Shown here in pieces: positions 39,355 through 54,157 of a stretch of 64,000 bases of DNA (positions are counted from its first letter, which is position 1; every line of letters begins with the position of its first letter). This stretch comes from the human T2T-CHM13v2.0 reference genome, Homo sapiens: assembly GCF_009914755.1 (NCBI RefSeq), contig NC_060926.1. One strand, written 5' to 3'. The notes under the pieces were generated by a model, which worked only from the letters and a program-made list of their open reading frames with translations, was not told the DNA's origin and searched no databases. A program made the position numbers and the translations under genes.

Positions 39355-42300
39355 ATTTGATTCTCATTCTTCTCATCTGAAAAGTGGTTGTATAGATATG
39401 GCACTGGCAGGATGGAATAAGCCCAGAGTCTGGCATTTACATTCACTCAGTAATTATTTTGTGTATCTAAAGTGTCTCAATTTTTTTCTTTTCACTTTGA
39501 AAAGTTTAGTAATCGATCCTCCATCTGTTGCAGCCAAGTTTTCAACTAAACTCATAACTTTTAATGTTTGAAAGTAAGTTTTTTTATTCTAATAAATGAA
39601 TAGGCCACAGGAAATTATGATTTTCAGAAGGATCATGGTCCAGAGCTCCACATAGGTGCCCTGTATTTTGATGGCAGACAACCTATTTGCAAGGAGAGAA
39701 CCAAACAGAAAAGGAATAGCCTTTGGCTGCTGAATTTGTGGCAGATCTGAACTTGGAGAGGCAGAGCATTGAAGTCACACTCACTGCACAACCACATTCC
39801 CTTGAAAGACAGAGCAGCACGTTATTCTTCTCCATACACTTTTGTTTTCTTGGAGCTATTTGTAGGCTGATATTTCAAAGTTGTAAAATGTTAGCCACTG
39901 TATTTTAAGCTCTTTCTACTTAAAAACCTTAGTGTCTACATCTGAAAGAGTGAGTGTGTGAGTTTAGGGAGTGGGAAAGGATGATGGGGAATGGTAGGAT
40001 TTTAGAAGACTAAAAATATATGCACATATGCCTTGGTTTGGGCTTTTTAATGAAAACCCTATAGGGCTGTGCATCAGACATTTGTTCAGAAAAAATAGTT
40101 AATTAAGCAAGTGGCAGAGAAGAGTGACTACTTTAAACCCAGCTATGGAGAGCGGGTATGTATGTATCAGCTTTATGCTTCCCGGATTTTGTCACGGAAA
40201 GAGAACATTTAGAAACCTGTTGGATGGTAATTTTTATGCATTGCCAAATCATGTTATCCCATTAGGCACAACTTAAGATCTGGGATCTCATTTTATCATA
40301 TAAGCAAATTACTACAGGGACCTACATGATTTTATAGAGACTGAGTAGGCCACAATAATTGACTTGCCACTAGCACCATAAATAAATCAATCTGTAGCGT
40401 TTGACTAAAATTTAGATAATTTAATCAATTTGACAAGGTTTTTGAAAACATTTATCTTTTAAGGGGAAGATTATTGTCATCCATAAAGTTTATAGAGCTT
40501 TTCATCCATGGGAATCTTGTTGCTCTTTTAAAAAGACAATGGGGATTCTTTTCTGTTGAGTTTTAATTGTTTTTCTGTACCCACCAAAAAAAGGAGAAAA
40601 AGCAAAGAAATAGGAAACTAGTGAAACTTCCAAGTGAACAATTTATTAAAGAACACTTTTTTTTTTCTCTACCTCTGCCTGTTGTAGTCATAAGGGAAAT
40701 TTTCCTCATGACCTCAAGCTGTGGGTTGCTTATTATCATTTTTAGCATTCCACTACATGACAGAGCAGAGATTAGCAATACTGTATTTTCTAGTAAAGCA
40801 TCTCTTTTGAATTTGATATAGAAGTTGCAATATGGCTTAAAAAATATTGGTATAAAATTCCGAATTCTGGTGATTTACTTAAAATCTTTTTCGATTTAGT
40901 TTTTATTATCTCAGTTATCTTCTATTCAGAAATGTGCCTACACAATATAGACACACAAAGCATTTGTATTTGAAGGCAAAAACAAAACATCCTTGTTATA
41001 TTAACTTAACTGCTAAGCGTCTGGAGGAGGGATGAAAACACAGATTTGTGTGGAGTTGAATATGGACATATGTGTAACCATCCTGAGAACGTATTGGTCT
41101 TTATCAATTTTAATTATTATTTCAGGAAAAACCAACTTTAGAGACCAAATCATGTTATAGTTATGTATTGAAAATAATCTTTTTAAAAAATTGTTTGAAT
41201 TTAACTTCTCATGTTTTCCTGATTTTTTTAAATTTTTAATGTCTCTAACATTGAATATGCTAAATCAGAAATTATTTCTCTTTTCTTAATAGACTGGAAG
41301 GAAAGAAAAAGGAGATCCTCTCAACATTGCGATTGATAAGATGACTAAGAAAACAAGAGATCTAAGGAGACAGGTACTATTTTTTATTTTTACTTTAAGT
41401 CCATGATATTCAGTAGTGGTTTCCAACAATATCCTTTTCCAGGGTGTCTTCTTGGAGATGACAATGAGGTTGTTATTCTTTATAACATTTACATATACAA
41501 ATAAAAACCCCATTTTATCGGCAAGGTAGAGATTGCTGGACAGAGACGAGCCAGTTGCAAGCAAGGAGACAGTTCCTGAGCAGGTGGCTTCTCACTGCCC
41601 AGATCCAATCTGTCCCAGTGGAGACTGGATGAATTCACTACTTCTACATCTGGTCTTTAGTTTTCCAAATCCAGGTATGCCAAGAGCCTGCCTCTGATCT
41701 TTGCTGGTTCTTACTTATCAAACTCCCGGGAATTTAGTGATAAACCAGAATGCTAATGGTTAATGAGAAATACAACTCTTAATCTGATGGGTTAATTAAG
41801 GTCTCTTGGCCAGTGTATTCCCTTGGGAACATAAATCTAGGAGAAAGTTTGCTTATCAGATGGTTGTTTGGGAAGCAGGGAATAAAATGGCTAATGACAT
41901 CATTAGTTTGATGGGTCTATTTTTCTTAACAGGGAGAAATCTCCGGTCAGGGCCCTTTTTCTCCTTGAAAGTGTTGTATGAACGCTGGTAAATGTTGCCT
42001 TAGAACCCTGATTTTATATGTGGCCATGATGAACTCCTCTTTCTTTGGTAGTATTATTTCTCTGAAAGAGATTCTATCACCCACTGAGTTATAATAAAAC
42101 CCCCTCTTCTTGATTTCTGCCCAGGAGGGCAGAATCCTGTCTCCTGCTGTAGCTTTGGCTATGTCCATCTCATTCACTAATTGTTGACTGTGACAGCCAG
42201 CTAAAACCAACCACTGCCATGGCAGCACCTGCTGTATTTTCTGCAGCTGAAACAATTGGGTTAGCATGGCCACATCCAGCATTTGCTCCTGCAGTGTGTT

Positions 42301-45300
42301 AAGTACAAACAAAATTAGCAAGAGGCCTGGGCGAGAATGGCCAAGCAGCAACTTGGAAATGATTTGAATGAGAGGAACCCACCACTTCTGATGACTGCTG
42401 GGGAGCTTCTTGGCTTTTATCAAGACATCACCTGAAGGTGTAGACACACTTGATCTGGTGTCCTTCAGAAGATATCACAATTATTTCTGGAATATGAATA
42501 TTCTAGCTCCCCAGCTAACAAACCTTTTGGGGGAAACATTCCCTTTTACTTTACTTTGAAATAAGGCAGAATACAACATTGTCCTTTTAGGTATTAGTAA
42601 CTAACAGCAAATGAATATATGGCCAGGTCTCTATCTCTTTGTTCTCTTAGATCATCTCTACATATCCCCATTTGATATGAAATGATATGGGTGGCAGGAA
42701 TTGGGATGGAGGTTAGTTGAAAACGCTGAATTAGATATCAGAGCCCTTGGTTTTAGTGTTAGCTCTGCCGCTAAACTGGCAGTGTGATTGTGGATCCTTC
42801 ATCTCTTGGTCTTACAAAAATAAGGAGCCAAACTAGATCTGCAAACTCTTTTTTTTTTAAGCTGTATAAGATTGTGTGAGTCTAAGGGATATTCTCATTC
42901 CTATGTCAGAGGTCCCAATGACTGATAATCACAGATTTTTAAAAGCAGTGGGAGGACATCTCCAGGTCTTGCCTTTGGCTAGATTGTCAACCAGCTAAAA
43001 TTCATGAACTGGGTCTTCCCATCTTCCTGATCCCTTGGTCTCAGTAGTGATTACATTTTTTTTTACATTCAAGAACAAGCCCCCTCAGCTCTTTTCAATC
43101 ATGGACCAATCATGGCAGGATTATTATTATTATTACTAGAAATGAATGAAAAAGTAATTTTTACTCTTATGTTACAATTCCTGGAAAGGGTTGACTCTTT
43201 TTAGCAGAGGACAGTGGTAAAATTTGAAGGTGAAAAATTATGGTGGAATTTTAAATGCTTAGGTGACAAGCTCCTTGGAGAGCTTCCTGTAAGATGGCAG
43301 TGGAAGGAGTGTGTCCTTCCCTGAAGTTATTCCATGTATGTTATTTCTTTCCTTACCTTTCTCCAAAATATAGAGGAATAAGGGTAAAAGGAGAAATGTT
43401 TCATGGTATTAAGATCCAACAGTTATGGCATAATTTCACACTGTATCCATGAATTTGGTTGAAACATCTTTCTCTTCTCCAATCTGCCTTTCTAAAATGA
43501 CGATGGTCCCCATCTGTCAGTTTCATCCCTGCCCATATGTTGAGATATTTTTGTCTTTCTTCTCATCTCTTTGCCTCCCCATGTACACCTGTAGTGGCAC
43601 AAAAGCTTCTCTGATCTAAATTGAAGCTACCTAGCACTTGGGCAGATGGAACATGCAATGACTAATTTGTTTGGCCCAGGTAGGTCATAAGCTTAGATGT
43701 GGGTAACTAGTAATTAGATTAACAAGGTGTTACCTGGGTCTCTGATAGCCCCTCCACAATAGTGGCTCAGAGAACGCTAATGGCTCAAGCAAATGTATAC
43801 TGCTGAGATACTTTCTATTCTTTCAATTACAGATAAATGTATGCTAGAGCAGATTCTAAAAGAGATCCCTCAGTGATCATGTCCACTTCCCTGTACACAT
43901 GTATTCCTTTGTATAATATTTAGAGAGATCAAATCTCATAGGGGAAAAAGGTGAAATCAAATATTTTAGTTTATAAAAAATATTTCTAGTGACATCCATC
44001 ATGTCCCGCTCTTTCAGTCTCCTGCCTCCTCCTCATAGCGCTAAGTTTGGGCAGTGCTTTTCAGAAGGGTGACCCTGGAGCCTTGAAAAGTTTTAGCCAC
44101 CAAATTGAAAAGAAACAAAGTCAATCATGATCATTATCTTGGACTTTCCTAATGAAAGAAAGTGGAATTAGACTTGTAGATACTCAAAGAAATCAAGATT
44201 AATTGAATATAAAGGATTTTGGTTTAAGTGGAATTTTCAGGTAAGTAGAACTCCTCTCTTGAGGCAACATATCCCAAGGAACTGGGGCATTATAAATGGT
44301 GAAAAAGATTATAGGGACCCAAAGGTACCATTTAAAACTGATTAACATGAATCCATCTTGCCAGTCAAACCCATGACAGGGGGCAGTGGTAGAGCAGAAT
44401 CCTCCTAAGGAGTATTTTGTTTAGAATCAAAAATGGATTTAGGGGATGATAACTGCCAGCTTTAAGCATTGGGTTCTCATTTTAAAGCTGTGGGCACAGC
44501 AGGCCCTGTGTCTGAGCTATTGTCACTGCTGTGATTCTGGAATCAGCCCAGTGTGGAAACAATAGCTCTTGGCTGATGCCCCTTCTGGGTGCCTACTGGC
44601 CCACATGGTCTGTCCATCCCCCAGAGAAGACTCAGTCAGTTTCTGCCAACTGTACCCCTATTCCCTTTTGCTCTGTGCCACCTATGAACTATTCTAGGTA
44701 TGATCTCTTAATTTTTCCTACAATTACAGGGATGCTAGTTGATTCTGAATATTATTTTTGTACTTTTATTAGTCCCTGATTTTCCAAGTTGATAAATCAG
44801 CACCCAAACATTTCTCTCTGAGAAGCTAATAAATAATATCTATGACATTGCAATGTTGCTAAACTTAGCAACTCTTTCACTCCCCAAACAAATCAAAGGC
44901 CTAATTCTTATTCCTTCACCCTTACTAGCCACCACAATGAGTCCAGCAATGAGATTTAGTGAGTGTCAACCTGACAAAGGTCTCAATTCTATTATTACAA
45001 TCAAAACATTTTTAACAATGAGAATTTATATATAGAATGCTTTTGCATTAGGGTGAGTACTTAGAATAGTAATATAACAAAGCATTAAAAATCAATAAGC
45101 AAAACATGTTATTGGATGGAATGTTTAAAGGCTGATTCATTAATATTGTGTTTCCAAGTAGTACTACAGAAAAATCTTCCAAGATTAATAAAAAACAATT
45201 ACAACTAAAAAATTCCTTAGCTGTCTCCTTTTTGACCCAATTCCTTATGTACAAACTCTGGCTGAAGGTGAACAGTTACCATGGAGAGCTTGTAAAATCA

Positions 45301-45474
45301 CTGTCCATAAAATGTAAACTAATTTATAACCCACTTGTATTAAGTCTTTGCAAGGTGCCTGGAACTGTTCTAAGTTATCTCCATGTATTGACCACATTTA
45401 ATCCACACACTAGCTCTAAAAGATTGTCACCATGCTCATTTTACAGATGAGGATGTGAAGCCAAGTACCGTACC

Positions 45475-45835
45475 TGATATGGTTTGGCTGTTTCCCTACC
45501 CATTCATCTTGAATTGTAGCTCCCATAATTCCCTTATGTCATGGGAGGGACCTGGAAGGAGGTAAATGAATCATGGGGGCAGGTCTTTCCCGTGCCATTC
45601 TTGTGATAGTGAATAAGTCTCACAAGACCTGATGGTTTTATAAAGGGGAATTCCCCTGCACACGCTCTCTTGCCTGCCGCCGTGTATGATGTGACTTTGC
45701 TCTTCCTCCACCTTCCTCCAGGGTTGTGCGGCCTCCCCAACCTTGTGGAGTTGTGAATCAATTAAGCCTATTTCCTTTATAAATTACCCAGTCTCAGGTA
45801 TGTTTTTATTAGAAGCGTGAGAACAGACCAGTACA
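45475..45835 (+). mobile_element. THE1 (C-like) solo LTR inserted in a MIR (about 45330-45930)
   Basis: tgatatggtttggctgt...gtgagaacagaccagtaca; TSD gtacc/gcacc. Confidence 0.92.
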
Positions 45836-46575
45836 GCACCCATGGCCATATAGGGTGTGGACGTATGGAAGCTGCAGCCAGGCAATCTGGCTGTAGGGTC
45901 TTGTACTCATAAATTTTACTCTATCCTGCCTCTCCGTAGAACCAACATAAGCATGTGGGTCAACCATATACTAATGCACTCTGGGAAATACACGTGGGGA
46001 AGAAGGAAGGTTCACATAAATACGTAGAAGTGCTTTGAGGTTTTGAGCAGCACCTCTACAACTCTAAGATTTGGAATTGGTGGCACGAATGCACTGTGAA
46101 AAGAAAGAAAAAACACAACTATAGTAAATGTCAAAAACATGGTTCTTGTTTGTGATATATCATCTCTTGGGTCTCCAGCTGTTATGGTTCATTGGATTCT
46201 CTTTTTAAAAAGTGCAATTATGTTTAGGTATCTGGCCTCTCAAAACATGAATTATAGACTTTCCAGAACAATTACAGAAAAAAGAGAATGTTAAGGCGTT
46301 CTATTGTTTTTCTCACATCTGCTCATGATAGGGCCAATTATTTTTAAGTTCATTGTAAAAAAATTTTAAAACCATTTATTTCTGGATTTGAATCTGTTTT
46401 TCTTCATAAGGATATGAGGCTATCTACATGGCAACAAAATATATTACAGAATATTGAGTTCCTCCAAGTGTTAAGGTTTGTGTTCTGTAAACTGAAACCC
46501 TACATAAGAGCTAATAATCCCTGGAGTTTGGAGTCTAGGTCAGATTGTCAAGCTGCTGTGGAAACATGGAGATCA

Positions 46576-46974
<399 letters not shown>

Positions 46975-47033
46975 TCAGAAACACCAAAAATTAGAATCAA
47001 AAATACCAGGAGGAGCGGAGCAGAGTAGGTAGT

Positions 47034-47229
47034 AGGTTGGAGTGCAATGGTGCGATCTCAACTCACTGCAACCTTCACCTCCCGGGCTAAAGTGATCCTC
47101 TTGCCTCAGGATCCCAAGTAGCTGGGATTACAAGCATGTGCCACCACGCCTGGCTAATTTTTTTTTTTTTTTTAGCAGAGACAGAGTTTCACCCTGTTGT
47201 CCAGGCTGGTCTCAAACTCCTGACCTCAA
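47034..47229 (-). mobile_element. Alu fragment truncated at both ends, inverted relative to the preceding Alu
   Basis: Antisense Alu body without head, poly-A or TSD. Confidence 0.9.
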
Positions 47230-48739
47230 TACCGTGAAAGGTCATCCTTTGGATGTATCCCTTGATGATGGGTAGTACAGTCACGCTACCTCTACCTTAG
47301 GAAAATCCTGATAAAACAACCCTAAATGTCAGAGCACCATTTACTTATCACCTGGAAAATAGTCATTAGGCCAAGTCCAAAGTACATTATTTCATCAGTT
47401 GGAAACGGTTCTTGAAATATCATCTTGGGCTAGCTGTTCTCTTGTCAAGGTACTATTCAATTCACAAAGTGGTTCAATTTATTTCTATAAGCCAGCATAT
47501 GGTTGATTGTTCACACATTGGCTTGACACTAGCAAGTCTAGATCACACAAAGGAGCAAAGAGTCTAGTAGCTTGATCAACATTGTTTCATCAAATGGTAC
47601 ACTATACTGAGCAGAGGGATCTATAACGTAAGTATGAACATGAAAACTCTCAATGAAGTGGAAGCTTCAACTACTGATTTATTCTTTTCTGCTAATTTCT
47701 CTAGGCCCTAGAAATCAAGGAAAAGTGGGAAGGGAAGGAGTAAATAGCAATGACTGAGCCCCAAAACACCTTCCAGATAATGTCTGTGTTTGGTTCAATT
47801 CCCAACACCTTCTTCTATTTTTAGCAAAGAGAATAATACCATTAAGAATCCTGATCCTGAGACTGGAAGATCCACTGTAGGATTATGAAACAAAAATGCC
47901 ATCACATTTTTCAGCATGAAATTCCTAAGCAGGGAAACTTAGAATATTTTCAACCATGGTGACTGAAATAACAAAGATTGTTTCATAGAATGCCCTTTCA
48001 GTTTACCAGAACATTCATTTTACTACACCCATCCTGGTTAAGTGAGGTTGGCCCATATTTGTTGTTGGAGGCTGTGTTTAGACTGGGATTCTTATCCAAA
48101 ACTGTCACTGAAAACGAGATAATTTTAGAGTGTGTGGTGCATCTACCATTATGGCCTGAATTGAGGTGTTTCTAGAGCTGATGATAACAGCTAATCGCCT
48201 TGATTCTGACTGAATGTACTCAGTGGATCTTTGCAGTCAGCTTGTAGCCAAATATATCTGTTCCATTTGACCCCTCCTTGCTGAGGTTACCTTTTATTAC
48301 CTGAAATGGCTTCTGGCATCATCTTTCCCAGGGGAAATTTCCATCAGGACTGCTGATATTTCTTTATCTCCCCATTTCCTGAGGAGGCTGGACAAATCTG
48401 AAATTCAGAAAGTGAGTCATCTTCCTGCAGGCTCTGCCATGCCTACTGTCGCCACCAGTCCTGGTGGGAGCCCATTTGCTCCAGGATGTCCTCATATTGT
48501 GCCTTAGTGATTCCCATGGATGCTGCTGCTGATGGCTGAGGGAGTTCAACATTGCTCTTTGCTTGGGTGGAAAATTGTGAAGAAGATGATGCTAGTTTTA
48601 ACAACCCTCTATTTACATTACATGCCCTTGACTCATCTTTGTCCTCTTTTTGAGCTGAATGAAATTTCCAGATTATCTTAAAACCAAACCTTCACCCCAC
48701 CATGGCTCTACACAATTATGTGTTTCCCACTGTGATCCA

Positions 48740-49340
48740 CTTTTCAAGACAGTGACAGTCCCACGCAACTCCTCCTTTTGTTATTCCTTAAATCTCCGTC
48801 AGTCATTCAATCCAATTGATACCACCTCCTAAATGCATTTTGAGTCCATTGCTCCTCTCCACTGCCATTGGCCCTAATTCACTGCTTTTCACACACACAA
48901 AAGATGGCCATGGCCACAACCTCATAACCAGTATCCTAGACCCCAGCCTCCTGGTAGCTCCTAGACCCCAGTTATGATTGCCCCAACAGTATCATAAGCC
49001 AGTGTTTCCAGATCCTTCTGCCTTTGCACTTGTGTTGCTTCTGCCTGGAATACTCCCACCACCCTTTTTGTTTTCTTCCAAGAAAACTCACATCTTTTCC
49101 TACCAGGCTTAGCTTAAATGTCACCTTATCATCACAACTTTATCCAATTCCTGTAAACAGGATTTATCCAGTAGACTCCCAAAGCATTTAAAAATATCTC
49201 TATCATGACACATTTTGCAGTGGGTTTAGTTGTTTATTTGTTTTTGCCAGTGCTCATGTCTTTCTAGTCTTTGTTTCTTCAGGTAATATCCTAGTGCCCA
49301 AAATAAAGTAAGCCTGCACCACACAGGTGCTGAAAGAGTG
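48740..49340 (+). mobile_element. L2 3' region
   Basis: gcctttgcacttg..ttgcttctgcctggaatactc; cttagcttaaatgtcacct. Confidence 0.7.
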
Positions 49341-49866
49341 AAGAATCCCCTGTCTGTAGTCACCGCACCCAGGAAATATCCCAATCATCAACTTGCCTCC
49401 ATTCTAAACTCACATGTCTCTGGTTCCATTGTCTCAAGGGCTAAAAATGCTAGTCTAAAAAGTCTACTTATATTTTGAGGATAATTTCCATGATTAATGA
49501 GGATACCCTAATCCAGTAGTTTCCTGTTACTCAGTTGGCTTGAGAAGACTTAGCTCAAGAGCAGCTAAAATGAAGATATTTGACTCCATTTTGGGAGATT
49601 CTGACTTCATGTACCTCTGGTGGCACCTTAAAATCTCTGTCATAACAAGCTTCCTACTTATTTCTGATATTCTCCCATGTTTGAATTCCACTGTCTTTGT
49701 TTCTGATAGATGGAACTTTCAGACCTCATCCCAGTCCCTCAGGTGGTATATCTGAGGATTTGTGAGGCCTTCCAACTCTTCTCCAATCTCCTTGGCCTCT
49801 ATTAGACCTTTCCACTTCACAGAGTCAATACCTGTTTTCAGGGGCAGAAAATCCATGTTTGAGGCT

Positions 49867-50927
49867 TGTAAGAGACAGAAAAAAAAAAAACAGTGTTTTG
49901 CCACACACTCTCCATAGCACACATTACCTCTAGTCACCAAAACGTATGCGGTATGATTTTCCCTCACTGACTAGTTCTTTGACACCAGCTGTCTGTCCTA
50001 TAATTCAATTCTAACACTATCTACCTGGAGATAACTTCAGATTTCATAGACTAAGGGCTCATTTTCACAAGACTGCTTCTACTTCAGATGCCAGTTGAAA
50101 GTAGTAGGTTGTCACCTATATTTCTGACTGACCAGCTATACATTGGGGGATTCCCATTATCCCTCCCTCAGGTCCACCTAATTTGCCAGAGTGGCCCACA
50201 GAACTCAGGGAAACTGCACACTTTTACCTATTTATTATAAAGAATATTCAGGTGAGCAGTCAAATGGAAGAGATGCATAGGATGAGGTATGTGGGAAGGG
50301 GCTCAGAGCTTCCATGCCCTCTGTGGGTGCACCACCTTCCCTGTACTTCCATTTTTTCAGCAACCAATAGATTTCCAAACTCTGTCCTTTTGAGTTTTTA
50401 TGCATTCATAGGCATGATTGATTAAGTCATTGGCCATTGGCAATTAACTCAACCTTCAGCTTCTCTCACCTCTCTGGAGGTTGGGGTGGGTGGGGCTAAA
50501 AGTTCTCACCTTCTAATCACATGGTTGGTTTCCCTTGCAAACAGCCTGGATCCTGGGGCTATCCAGGAGCCCATCAAAAATTGCCTCATTAGAATAAAAG
50601 ATGCTGTCACCCAAGAAATTTCAGTGGCTTTAGAAGCTGTTTCCAATGTTACCACCTAGGAAATTACAAAGATTTTAAGAGTTCTGTGTCAGTTACTGGG
50701 GTTAAAGATCAAATATTAGACAAAAGATTCTCCTAGTACCCCTTATCTACAAGGGTTTTAGGAACCAGGGCAGAGGTCTGAACGAGGGGTTCAGGAACCA
50801 GGGGCAATGGCAAATTTATATATTTCTATATTATATATTTATATAATTTATAATATATAAATTATGTTTAATATAAATTATATATTTATATAATTCTATA
50901 TATTTATATATTTCTTATTATTTCACA
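49867..50927 (-). mobile_element. MER21 (B-like) solo LTR with AT-rich expansion at 50815-50910
   Basis: aattcaattctaacactatctacctggag; cacagaactcagggaaac; perfect 5-bp TSD aggct at 49862-49866 and 50928-50932. Confidence 0.9.
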
Positions 50928-51021
50928 AGGCTCCTCTCTTCTGGGCATAGGTTAGAAGTGAATGGTCTGATTGTTCACTGCTTCTTATTGTAGGGCTTGG
51001 AAAGATCTGTACTTTCTGGAG

Positions 51022-51310
51022 CAGGGCCAGGACAAGGGTAAGGCAAGTGAGGCGTAGCCTCAGGTGCAAGATTTTAGGGGCTACCAAAAAGCTCAGTAAT
51101 CACAATAAATAATATTGTGTGCAACACTTTAAAAAATCAAAAATAATGCAGAAATCCATGATGAACAAAACATCAATGTTGTAAATAAAGATAGGATCAT
51201 CATAAATAAGATAGTGCAGTGTTGAGTCATGTTGAAGCTGGAAGCAAAAGGAAAATCAGCAATACTGATTCTGTCTGTATTTACAATGTTGCTGTTTTCT
51301 TCATCATGGA
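51022..51310 (+). mobile_element. ORSL (hAT-Tip100-like) element with internal inverted repeat
   Basis: cagggccaggacaagggtaaggcaagtgagg; ctcagtaatcacaataaataatatt; tccatgatgaacaaaa. Confidence 0.72.
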
Positions 51311-51793
51311 CGAACCTCTTGTTAGTCCTGGCTGTGCTCCAGAGCCTCTATCTATGAAAATCTTTATTGCACCTGCTGTAGGAGAAAGTTCCCCCGCAAA
51401 GTCTCAATGTCAGATGGCTTTCTTTTTCCTTTCACAGTAGTGACAAAAGGGCTGGCTTTTAAATTTTATGAGATGACACGTTGGACTCCAGATTCGAAGA
51501 CCTATTTGAATTGTGGTTGTCTTTTAGGTTGTCTTGCTCAAAATGCATTTCTTCTTGATGTTTATCACAGTGACATGGGCTTTTTATGGCATTCCGAAGT
51601 ACTTTAGAGAAAATGGAGAACACTTTAATACTGCTGATTTACTCTTTCAGGTCTACAGTAATTTCCTTACTGCCTAATTATAAGGCTGGGTTTAATTTAC
51701 TCTACACATAATGTTTACTGATGCACATATGGTGCCACTTTTCAAGAAACTGTGCCCAGAACAGGCATTTTTGTCATACTAGAGTATGGAAAA

Positions 51794-52453
51794 TTCCCAT
51801 TTAGTATGATATTGGCTGTGGGTTTGTCATAAATGGCTGTTACTATTATTTTGAGGTATGTTCCATCAATACCTAGTTTATTGAGAGTTTTTAACATGAA
51901 GGGATGTTGAATTTTGTCGAAGATATTTTCTGCATCTATTGAGATACTCATGTGATGTTTGTCTTTAGTTCTGTTTATGTGATGAATTAGATTTATTGAT
52001 TTGTGTATGTTGAACCAGCCTTGCAACCTGCAGATGAGGCTGACTTGGTGGTAGTGGATAAACTTTTTAATGTGCTACTGTGTTTGGTTTGCCAGTATTT
52101 TATTGAGGATTTTTGCATCGATATTCATCAGGGATATTGGACTGAAATTTTCTTTTTGTGTTGTTATCCTGCTAGGTTTTGGTATCAGGATGATGCTGGC
52201 CTCACAAAATGAGGGTGTATGTGTCCAGGAATTTATCCATTTCTTCTAGATTTTCTAGTTTATTTGCATAGGTGTTTATAGTATTCTCTGATGGTTGTTT
52301 ACATTTCTGTGGGGTCAGTGGTGATATCCCCTTTATTGTTTTTTATGTGTCTATTTGATTTTCTCTCCTTTGTTCTTTTTTAGTCTAGCTAGCAGTCGAT
52401 TTTATTATTTTTTTCAAAAAAACACAGCTCCTGGATTTGTTGATTTTCCCATT
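51794..52453 (-). mobile_element. L1PA internal ORF2 (RT-region) fragment
   Basis: ORF 51742..52026 [54 protein letters not shown] matches L1 ORF2p. Confidence 0.95.
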
Positions 52454-54157
52454 ATATAGAGAAAAAAATAGTAATATATGTAATTCTCTCAACAAAGAAT
52501 GTCCCCCAGTGAGGGGGGAAATATCACATATCTTCTTAACTTGAATAAGGTTATAATCTCTTTAAACACTTATTTTAAAAGCAGACTAGTAAGTATGTGG
52601 TTACATGTGTCTAATGATTTTCAGTTACCCCCAAAATGAGGAGATGGGTAGGAGTTGGGGAAAGGAGAAACAGGAAAAATAGTACTGTTTTGTGGACTTA
52701 TTTGTTAACTATCTTTGAAAAGGAGCTATTGATTCAGAAATCGTGGGTTCGTAGGTTCTTAGGGGTGGAAGGGACACTATGGGTCTTCCCAGGGCAAGAG
52801 GTCTTTCTTCAGGAATATTAAGATGCCTTTTGTTTACCTCAGCTTTAAAGATGGGAGCTAATTCCTTCACTACAGCAGTTGGTACAATTATTGGGTAATT
52901 TTACTTGTTAGAAAATTGAGTTAAGATCAGTGATTTTGTAGTTATCAACCATTGATGTTGATTTTTTGCTGCAAAACTGATTTCTCTTCCTATGTCTAAG
53001 CCCCAGATAAAAAATTCAGTAAAGAGCTCTACTTAGAGTTCCAGAGACGTACAAATATTAAACATTATTGCATTCAAAGCCATGGCTTCACCAACAATTG
53101 CCTTGCCTTATCGTAGCTATGAGTGCTAAGAATGGTTAGGCTTAGGAACTGGGCATGTCTCTGGTCATTGAGACAACTGAAATAATCAGCCATCTTGATC
53201 ATCTGATCTATTACTCCTGTTTGTATCTGGTTATGTATGAAGGTCAGAAAAGTAAAGCTGTCCACTAAGACTGACAGTTTTTTAGTGTCCATTCTTTACT
53301 TGATTCTTTATTGACGATCGCTGCAATTCTTCAGAGAGATATTACTATCAAAAAGATTTTTTTTCCGAGTAGAGTATTGAAATTCCAATAATAAGATTAA
53401 ATTTCTTGCTGATATAAAACTCATAAGTTAGAAAACCCTAGTGGGTTGACTCTGAAGCCTGTCCTTTTAATGACTGTGGTTGTTAAAGTTGGTACACTTT
53501 GCTCTTAGTTTATAGCTTTTATTAAAATTCTTTAATGGGAAGAGCATAAGGTAAATATCAATTATTAAAGAGACCTGAGTTTCTCTATAATAATTATAAT
53601 AATAGGCTTCGTGTCTAATATAATCACCATTTCTTTCTTCCTTATGCCATTCATATCTGTGTCCAGCTCCATGCCAGAAACTGAACTGTGAATGGGATTT
53701 TGATAATTATTATTCTAATTAATCGTAAGGGAAAAAACTTAAGGACTTTCATTTTAGCTGGGGGAATATCTGATTAAATGCATATCAGGAGACTAGCAGA
53801 CTTGCCTGGTGCATTCATTGAGAAATGGTTGAATGGATTGTGCCTGAGCATTCCAGGATTAAAGGAGAACCATTTGTCCTGAGGAGTTTGAGGATAAGAG
53901 TGGATTTTTCTCTTTGATCCAACCATAAATGTCAGAAGTTTGGGTGATTAATCAGTCCCAGACCCATCTTCTTTCCTTCCATAATTTCTTAGTTTTTCAC
54001 GAATGCATCAATCCTGTTTAACTGTTAAGGGCAGGGCTTCTGGATTTTTATTTGATTCCTTCAATTTCAACAAGGATCAGGCTGCCTTAAGTAGTAGCTA
54101 CACTATGAGTTGCAACTATCTAAAGGGAGTGACTGTAAAGCTAAAAAAGCACCTTTG

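Noticed and set aside
50815-50910. Extremely AT-rich tract
   Set aside because: Low-complexity expansion of the MER21 terminal AT segment.
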